Source: Spirochaetia bacterium (lineage in GTDB: Bacteria > Spirochaetota > Spirochaetia > CAKZLE01). Taken from it: a stretch of DNA of 64,000 bases. The DNA is taken from assembly GCA_963677595.1 (NCBI GenBank), contig OY782041.1, forward strand, positions 3,456,001-3,520,000, given 5' to 3'. Shown here one piece after another: positions 57,673 through 64,000 of the stretch (position 1 is the stretch's first letter; every line of letters starts with the position of its first letter). The notes beneath the pieces were generated by a model. It saw only the letters and a program-made list of their open reading frames with translations. It had not been told where the DNA came from and did no database searches. A program made the translations under genes and the position numbers.

Positions 57673-58821
57673 GTGAGTACGGAGCTTATCCGGTTCTCCG
57701 AACCGGAGACCGCCGGGAACCCGCAGGTAAGCCTGCAGAGGATCACCTCGATCGAGTCGGGCGGTGAGTACTATCGGGAGGCCTGCAGCCTCCTGCAGGG
57801 GATCGTACCGACGGATGGGATCTTCCTGACTGCATCAGGCTCACAGGCCCTCGAGTTCGCCGTGATGCTCGCCCAGGTGGGGCAGGGTGATGAGGTGGTC
57901 ATGCCCTCCTATACCTACTACTCAACGGCGAACGCCTTCCTGGCTGCCGGGGCATCCGTGGTCTTCGTCGATATAGACCCCGATACCATGACGATGGATG
58001 CATCACTGGTGGATGCTGCCGTCACGGCGGCAACGAAGGCCGTCGTCGCGGTCCATTACGGCGGCGCCTCCCCCGATATGGATAGGCTCCTCGAGATCTG
58101 CGACCGGTATGGCCTCATACTCATCGAGGATGCTGCCCAGAGCATCGGGGCATCATACAAGGGACGGCCGCTGGGTACGATCGGTGCGCTCGGGATCCTG
58201 AGCTTCCATGCCACGAAGAATGTCACCTCAGGCGGGGAGGGCGGAGCCCTCCTGGTGAATGACTCCTCCCTCATCGACCAGGCTCGTATGATCTCCCAGC
58301 ACGGGACGGACCGCTTGAAATTCCTCGCAGGGGAGAGTGATCACTATACCTGGCATACCGTCGGCTCCTCCTACATGCTCGGGGAGCTCTCCTGCGCATG
58401 GCTTGCCGCACAGCTTGGGGAATTCAGTACCATACAGTCCAGGAGGAGAAAACTCTGGGAGTTGTACCGGGAACTGCTTAAGCCCCTGGTTGAGAAGGGG
58501 GTCCTATCCATCCAGAGGGTACCGGCCTGGAACGACCATAACAGCCACCTCTACTATATCCTCTGCCGAGATGCCGGTGAACGCTCTCGACTGCAGCGAT
58601 ACCTCTCCGAGCTCGGCATACAGACGGCGACCCACTACATCCCGCTTCATACCACCCCCTACGGGAAGGATCATACCCGGTTCTCCGGGTCAGACCGCCA
58701 TACCAGCGATGCGGCAAGCCGCCTGCTTCGGCTCCCGCTCCATACGAACCTGACCGATGAGCAGGTAGGTGCCGTATGCCATGGTATCCATGAGTTCTAT
58801 GGGGACAGCAGTGATGACTGA
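57673..58821 (+). CDS. wecE: dTDP-4-amino-4,6-dideoxygalactose transaminase-like (DegT/DnrJ family)
   Basis: EVVMPSYT..STANAF, EDAAQ, SFHATKNVTSGGEGG, YTW..VGSSY, HYIPLH, LLRLP. Confidence 0.85.
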   Translation: MSTELIRFSEPETAGNPQVSLQRITSIESGGEYYREACSLLQGIVPTDGIFLTASGSQALEFAVMLAQVGQGDEVVMPSYTYYSTANAFLAAGASVVFVDIDPDTMTMDASLVDAAVTAATKAVVAVHYGGASPDMDRLLEICDRYGLILIEDAAQSIGASYKGRPLGTIGALGILSFHATKNVTSGGEGGALLVNDSSLIDQARMISQHGTDRLKFLAGESDHYTWHTVGSSYMLGELSCAWLAAQLGEFSTIQSRRRKLWELYRELLKPLVEKGVLSIQRVPAWNDHNSHLYYILCRDAGERSRLQRYLSELGIQTATHYIPLHTTPYGKDHTRFSGSDRHTSDAASRLLRLPLHTNLTDEQVGAVCHGIHEFYGDSSDD

Positions 58822-59548
58822 ATCTTCTGTCAGCGTCGTCATCCCCGTCTTTAATGCGGAAGCTTATATCGAAGAACTCTATCGGGAGTTGAAGACGGTA
58901 CTCTCCGAACATTTTAACCGGTTTGAGATCATCTTCGTCGATGATGCCAGCAGTGACAGGAGCGGAGATGCAGTCCATGCGATCGCGGAAGCTGATCCCT
59001 CCTGCACGGCAGTCTCCCTCTCTGAGAACGTCGGCCAGCAGAAGGCTACCTTCTGCGGGCTGCAGTATACATCAGGGGAGTATGTCGTCACCATCGATGA
59101 TGACGGGCAGTACGCCCCGGATGATATCATCAGGCTCCATGCTGCGATCTTAGAGGGGAAGTACGACTGTGTCTACGGGATCCCCTTGATCAGGAGCAGG
59201 AGGCTCATCAGGAGGCTGGGAACTTGGCTTACCGACCGTTCACTCTCACGGCTTACCGGGAAGGAGCCTGCCGTGAAGGTCAGCAGCTTCAGGATCATGA
59301 GCCGCGAGCTCGCCAGCCAGGTCCTTGCCTGTCCCTCCTGTGCGATCTACCTCTCTGTGGAGATCCTGAAGCTGACGAAGCGGATCGGGAACCTCCCGAT
59401 CGAACTCCGGCATGAGGAACGCGCGACGAGGTATACCCTTCGACGGCTCCTGAAGGCTTTCACGGCGGTCCACACCCATGGAGTCGGGGCTGCAGATGCA
59501 GGTGAACGCTTCATGATCGGGAAACTGACAGGAAGGGGATCAAGATGA
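58814..59548 (+). CDS. Glycosyltransferase family 2, ArnC/DPM1-like polyprenyl-phosphate sugar transferase
   Basis: SVVIPVFN, VDDASSD, NVGQQKA, TIDDDGQY, SSFR. Confidence 0.88.
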   Translation: MTESSVSVVIPVFNAEAYIEELYRELKTVLSEHFNRFEIIFVDDASSDRSGDAVHAIAEADPSCTAVSLSENVGQQKATFCGLQYTSGEYVVTIDDDGQYAPDDIIRLHAAILEGKYDCVYGIPLIRSRRLIRRLGTWLTDRSLSRLTGKEPAVKVSSFRIMSRELASQVLACPSCAIYLSVEILKLTKRIGNLPIELRHEERATRYTLRRLLKAFTAVHTHGVGAADAGERFMIGKLTGRGSR

Positions 59549-60771
59549 GGGTGCATGTGCTTGGCGGAGGCTATGCCCAGCTGAACATGATCAGGAGGCT
59601 TAAGGAACTTGGCCATACCGTGATCGTCTCTGACTACCTACCCGATGCCCCGGGGAAAGCCGATGCCCATTACAGCAGCATGGTGAGCACCTTCGATGCA
59701 GAAGGCATCCAGAGGATAACCTCCTCCTACCATGCTGACGGGATCATCACGCTCGGGACTGACCAGCCGGTACTCACGGCTGCGATTGTCGCAGGCCAGC
59801 TCGGGCTGCCTTCCTGTGTCACGGTCGACCAGGCCATGGCAGTCACCCATAAGCGGGTCATGAAGCAGGCCCTTGAGGCGTCCGGTGTTCCGGTCGTACC
59901 CTGGGCATGCGTACCCGAAGGCTTTGAGGATGAAGTACTCAAGGAGCTTATTCCTCCCTATGTCATGAAGCCCTTAGACAGCCAGGGACAGCGCGGTATC
60001 TTCAAGCTCGATACCATAGAGGAGATCAGAGCCCATATACTTCAGACCCTCTCCTTCTCGCGCGACTCGGAAGTGCTCGTAGAGCAGTACTATCCCCATG
60101 AGGAACTCACCGTGAGCGGCTGGGTCCATGGGGGACGATTGACAGTCCTCACGATCACCGATCGGATCACCCGTGACACCCCTCCGTCGATCGGGGTCTG
60201 CTTCGCCCACCGATTTTCCACGAAGCATATCGCGGAGGAAGCAGAGATCTGCGTGCTGTCGCATCGGGTCGTCGAGGCGGTTGGGATCAGCGAAGGGCCG
60301 GTCTACATCCAGCTGCTCAAGGGGGAGCGGGGATACCTTGTCAATGAGGTCGCCGCCCGGATCGGCGGGGCTTTCGAGGAGTATGTGATCCCGGCAGTGA
60401 CCGGCCTCCCGGTCGATGACCTCCTCATCAATGCCGTGCTCGGGGAATTCCCCGACCCTGCGGATACCTATAACCCGAACGGGGACCATGCATGGGTACT
60501 CTTCTTCTTCTCCCGGCCGGGGACAGTCGGGAAGACCGGGACGGTTGGAGAATTGATGGAGATCGAGGGGGTACTCACCGCTAGATATCTTGTCGGTGCA
60601 GGAGATACGCTCACCCCCGTGACCAATGCCACGCAGCGGGCTGGTTATGTGGTATGTGCTGCCCCTCCGGAGAGGATCGATGCGCTGAAGGAACAGCTCA
60701 TCTCGCTGTTCACTGTACAGGATGAGAACGGCTGTGATATGATACTGCCCATCGAGGAAGCCGGCAGATGA
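59545..60771 (+). CDS. ATP-grasp domain ligase
   Basis: VLGGGYAQ, GTDQPV, KPLDSQGQRGI, VEQY, NEVAARIGG. Confidence 0.88.
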   Translation: MRVHVLGGGYAQLNMIRRLKELGHTVIVSDYLPDAPGKADAHYSSMVSTFDAEGIQRITSSYHADGIITLGTDQPVLTAAIVAGQLGLPSCVTVDQAMAVTHKRVMKQALEASGVPVVPWACVPEGFEDEVLKELIPPYVMKPLDSQGQRGIFKLDTIEEIRAHILQTLSFSRDSEVLVEQYYPHEELTVSGWVHGGRLTVLTITDRITRDTPPSIGVCFAHRFSTKHIAEEAEICVLSHRVVEAVGISEGPVYIQLLKGERGYLVNEVAARIGGAFEEYVIPAVTGLPVDDLLINAVLGEFPDPADTYNPNGDHAWVLFFFSRPGTVGKTGTVGELMEIEGVLTARYLVGAGDTLTPVTNATQRAGYVVCAAPPERIDALKEQLISLFTVQDENGCDMILPIEEAGR

Positions 60772-61703
60772 GAAGAATCGCACTACTCTTCCTGCTCCTG
60801 CTCGTCATGCTGACGGGCTGCAGGAAGGCAGCAGAAGACAGGATAGTGATCGCGGAACAGTTTGGGCTTGCCTATGCCCCGGTACAGATCATGCGGCTGC
60901 AGGGACTGATCGAGAAGCGCGTCCCATCAGCTGAGGTCGTCTATGAGCAGCTGGGAAATACGGCAGCGATTAGGGAGGCCATGATCTCCGGGCACCTCGA
61001 CATCGGGTTCGGGGCGATACCGCCCTTCCTCATCGGGGTAGAGAACGGGATGGACTGGAGGCTCGCCTCCGGCGTGTCCCAGGTGCCGGTTGGGCTGGTC
61101 ACCCTCGATCAAGAGAAACGTTCGATCTCTGACCTCCGGGAACATGACAAGGTCGCGCTACCCCAGCCGGGAAGCATCCAGCATATGCTGCTCTCCATGG
61201 CGGCAGAGCGGGATTTGGGCTCGGCAGGCCTGCTTGATGACCGGATGGTGACCATGAGCCACCCTGACGGGTTCCAGGCACTCGCCGCAGGGGCTGTCAC
61301 AGCCCACTTCACCACGCCTCCCTACATCTTCAATGAGCTCGATCTTGAAGGGGCGCATCTACTGCTCTCGGGAACCGATGCCTTCGGCGGGGATTTCACC
61401 TTCATCGTAGGCTATGCGACTGAAGCCTTCCATGATGAGAACGGTGAACTCTATGCAGCCTTTATCGAGGCCTTGGAAGAGGCGATCGATTTCATGAGCG
61501 AACAGCCGAAAGAAGCAGCACGGCTGCTCTCCGGGGTCTATGAGATCCCCGATGAGACCATCTATGAGTATATAACCGCAGATGGGATGGTCTATACTCC
61601 CGGGATCACCGGGCTCGAACGCTTCGGGGCTTTCATGCATGAGCAGGGGTATCTCGAGGAGCCGGTCCCTGTTGCTTCATCCCTGGTATGGGAGCATCCA
61701 TGA
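60768..61703 (+). CDS. Nitrate/sulfonate/taurine-type ABC substrate-binding lipoprotein
   Basis: Lipobox LTGC; EQFGLAYAP, PQPGSIQH, MSHPDG, AHFTTPPY. Confidence 0.88.
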   Translation: MRRIALLFLLLLVMLTGCRKAAEDRIVIAEQFGLAYAPVQIMRLQGLIEKRVPSAEVVYEQLGNTAAIREAMISGHLDIGFGAIPPFLIGVENGMDWRLASGVSQVPVGLVTLDQEKRSISDLREHDKVALPQPGSIQHMLLSMAAERDLGSAGLLDDRMVTMSHPDGFQALAAGAVTAHFTTPPYIFNELDLEGAHLLLSGTDAFGGDFTFIVGYATEAFHDENGELYAAFIEALEEAIDFMSEQPKEAARLLSGVYEIPDETIYEYITADGMVYTPGITGLERFGAFMHEQGYLEEPVPVASSLVWEHP

Positions 61704-62479
61704 GGACTCACGTCCGCAAGCGGATCCAGCGGATCGGGTGGATACTCTTCTTCCTGGCCATCTGGGAGGTCATCGCCAAGACGGGAATGGTCTCCGAGCT
61801 GATCCTCCCGCCCCTGGAAGATATCATCGGGGCATTCTTCGGCGACCTCATCCACGGGACTCTACTCCTGCGCATAGGAGTGTCACTAGCCGTCGTCGCC
61901 GCAGGACTGGTCATCGGGACCCTCATCGCAGCTCTCCTCTCGATCCTCTCCTACAGCTCACCGCTCGTTGCCAGCGGCGTGGAGGCCCTGACCTCGATCG
62001 CCCATCCGCTGCCCGGGATCGCGCTGCTCCCGCTGGTGATCCTCTTCTTCGGGACCGGGACCGCCTCGATCCTCATGATCGTCATCCATGCCGTGCTCTG
62101 GCCGATGGTGATCAACTTCAATGCCGGGTTCTCCTCGGTGAAGCAGACCTATATCGACCTGGGAAGGAACTATGAGTACGGGCGGATGGGGATCATCCGC
62201 CACATCCTGATCCCGAGTTCCTGGATCTATGTGGTAGCCGGCCTGCGGATCGCCTGGGCCCGTTCTTGGAGGGCTGTGATCAGTGCAGAGATGGTCTTCG
62301 GGGTCATCGGTGCCTACGGGGGGCTCGGCTGGTATATCTTCAACAAGCGTGTCTTCATGGATACTCCGGGCATGTATGCCGGTCTCCTCGTGCTCATCAT
62401 CATAGGGCTCGTCATTGAGGATACGGCCTTCGATTCACTCGAGAAGCGCGTACGCCATAACGCCGGGGGTCCCAGATGA
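61700..62479 (+). CDS. SsuC/TauC-type ABC permease
   Basis: HPLPGIALLP, GLRIAWARSWRAVISAEM, GGLGW. Confidence 0.92.
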   Translation: MRTHVRKRIQRIGWILFFLAIWEVIAKTGMVSELILPPLEDIIGAFFGDLIHGTLLLRIGVSLAVVAAGLVIGTLIAALLSILSYSSPLVASGVEALTSIAHPLPGIALLPLVILFFGTGTASILMIVIHAVLWPMVINFNAGFSSVKQTYIDLGRNYEYGRMGIIRHILIPSSWIYVVAGLRIAWARSWRAVISAEMVFGVIGAYGGLGWYIFNKRVFMDTPGMYAGLLVLIIIGLVIEDTAFDSLEKRVRHNAGGPR

Positions 62480-63228
62480 GTACGATGGTCTGCTTCGAGG
62501 GGGTTTCCTTCAGTTACTGTACGGAAGGTAACAAAAACCAGGTCTTCTCGGGTCTGGACCTCTCCATCCCTGCGGGTGAGTTCACCTGCATCCTCGGGAA
62601 TTCCGGCTGTGGGAAGAGCACCCTGCTGCGGCTTGCCGCGGGTTTCGAGGTACAGGATCTCGGGACCATTCTCATCGACGGGAAAGCGGTCACCTCCCCG
62701 GGTATGGACCGTGCCATGGTTTTCCAGGAGTTCGACCAGCTCCTCCCGTGGAAGACGGTATATGAGAATATTGCATTCCCGCTTCACAAACGGTTCCCTG
62801 CTATGGGCAAAGGAGCTATGAAGGAGTATATCATGGACTCCCTGGCTATGACCTCGATGGAGGGGTACTCCGGCCTCTATCCCCATGAACTCTCAGGGGG
62901 CATGAAGCAGCGGGTAGCCCTGTCCAGGGCGCTTGCCGTGAAGCCGAAGGTGCTTCTGATGGATGAACCCTTCGCCAGCCTGGACCCGAAGGGCCGTGCT
63001 GCCCAGCAGCAGCTGGTCCTGAAGCTCTGGAAAGAGACAGGACTCACAGTCCTCTTCGTCACCCATGATGTCACCGAGGCGGTGCTCCTCTCCGATGTGG
63101 TGTACCTCATGGAAGGGGAGAGGGCAGGGAAGCTCTCACGGTATGAGAACCTGCTCCCACGGCCGAGGGACCGGGAACAGGAAGGGTTCAGGGAGTTCTG
63201 CGAGACGGTCCATACCGCTTACAGTTAA
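62476..63228 (+). CDS. SsuB/TauB-type ABC ATP-binding protein
   Basis: GNSGCGKST, LLPWKTV, LSGGMKQR, MDEPFASLD, LPRPR. Confidence 0.94.
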   Translation: MSTMVCFEGVSFSYCTEGNKNQVFSGLDLSIPAGEFTCILGNSGCGKSTLLRLAAGFEVQDLGTILIDGKAVTSPGMDRAMVFQEFDQLLPWKTVYENIAFPLHKRFPAMGKGAMKEYIMDSLAMTSMEGYSGLYPHELSGGMKQRVALSRALAVKPKVLLMDEPFASLDPKGRAAQQQLVLKLWKETGLTVLFVTHDVTEAVLLSDVVYLMEGERAGKLSRYENLLPRPRDREQEGFREFCETVHTAYS

Positions 63229-64000
63229 TCGCGGATCTGGTAGATCCTGACGGACCACGGCTCATCAGCCTGGAAGCGCACGATCCTCATCGCGTAGGTT
63301 GGGCTCGTGAACTCCAAGACCAGGTCGCAGGATTGTTCCAGGAACTCCTGCATTTCTTCATACTGCAGTGAAATATTCCCGTAGACGACATTCCATACAG
63401 GCCGATGCTCATAGATGAAATCGATCTCATCAGGGTAGATGATATAGCTGATCCCCCGATCGGTGACATACTCTGAGAAGGAGATCCCCTCCCGGTAGGC
63501 AGGTTCCAGGTTCCTCCAGTCATAGAGCTCCCCGACCTCGAAGGCATACTCCGTGTTGAGGTTCCCCAGCACGACCGACCCGTCGGGGATGGCGGAGGAG
63601 ATCTCTTCCAGGTAGGCTTCATATTTTGAGTCTGTTTTGGTCACCTGCCGTATCTCGAGAAAGGAGTTCACTGCTGAGAGTAGGATGAGCGCCATCATCA
63701 ACAGGAGGTCAAACCGCACTGATCGTTTCAGTCGCTGTATGAGGAGCATGAGCAGCAGGAGGCTGAACGGCAGAAAGAGGATCACTGAGGGCTGCCCGTA
63801 CCTGCCGATGAGGATGAATCCTCCATGCATGGCCAGCAGTGCGGATAGGATCGGCAGGGTTTCCCTGCGGAAGCCCCTGCTGAAGATGGCCATGAGCACA
63901 GCAGCCAGGGAAGCCGTCCCATAGATGATGAGCTGTCCCTTGACCGGCGGGGTGTAGTAGGTCCCGCTGATCTGGTCAAACAGTTTTCTGTAGAAGTCAG
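63225..64000 (-). CDS. Membrane protein, probable ArnT/GT39-like (GT-C) glycosyltransferase; 5' end outside the window
   Basis: The frame stays open to the window edge (DFYRKLFDQISGTYYTPP...). Several TM helices are followed by a soluble C-terminal domain. The family call rests on architecture and context only. Confidence 0.5.
   Translation of the reverse strand, partial: DFYRKLFDQISGTYYTPPVKGQLIIYGTASLAAVLMAIFSRGFRRETLPILSALLAMHGGFILIGRYGQPSVILFLPFSLLLLMLLIQRLKRSVRFDLLLMMALILLSAVNSFLEIRQVTKTDSKYEAYLEEISSAIPDGSVVLGNLNTEYAFEVGELYDWRNLEPAYREGISFSEYVTDRGISYIIYPDEIDFIYEHRPVWNVVYGNISLQYEEMQEFLEQSCDLVLEFTSPTYAMRIVRFQADEPWSVRIYQIRD

Overview
Bacterial chromosome window from an anaerobe, probably a spirochaete (inferred from the AGGQQE/AQGAAE/AAGAQE-type binding-protein N-termini and the long two-domain NDK). 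(1) 1-11.7 kb is an accessory region around a tRNA-Pro(GGG). It holds an AT-rich MarR/ABC/URO-D-like/sulfatase operon, two toxin-less antitoxin genes (one decayed), a SulP transporter, a complete class IIC group II intron (8141-10058) inserted between the tRNA 3' end and its terminator, and an AAA_14/DUF4143 ATPase with an upstream repeat array. (2) 11.7-43.7 kb is mostly GC-rich core metabolism: a trimeric [FeFe]-hydrogenase whose HydB is fused to a GltD-like NADPH/FAD module, an amino-acid ABC transporter, aconitase, monomeric IDH, NDK, citrate synthase, argG (several of these share ARG-box-like operators), rubrerythrin/PerR, ackA, and a MarR-dmeF metal efflux operon. (3) 43.7-56.7 kb is the best candidate for an undescribed system: an IclR-controlled 11-gene sugar operon built around a PflD-like glycyl radical enzyme. 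It has an ABC importer, two paralogous PfkB kinases, an amidohydrolase with the catalytic Asp replaced by Asn, YjbQ and a D-lyxose-type isomerase, but no PTS and no aldolase. (4) 57-64 kb is a WecE / ArnC-like GT2 / ATP-grasp / SsuABC-type importer operon converging on a truncated membrane glycosyltransferase-like gene. All family calls come from motif recognition and recollection; no searches were run.
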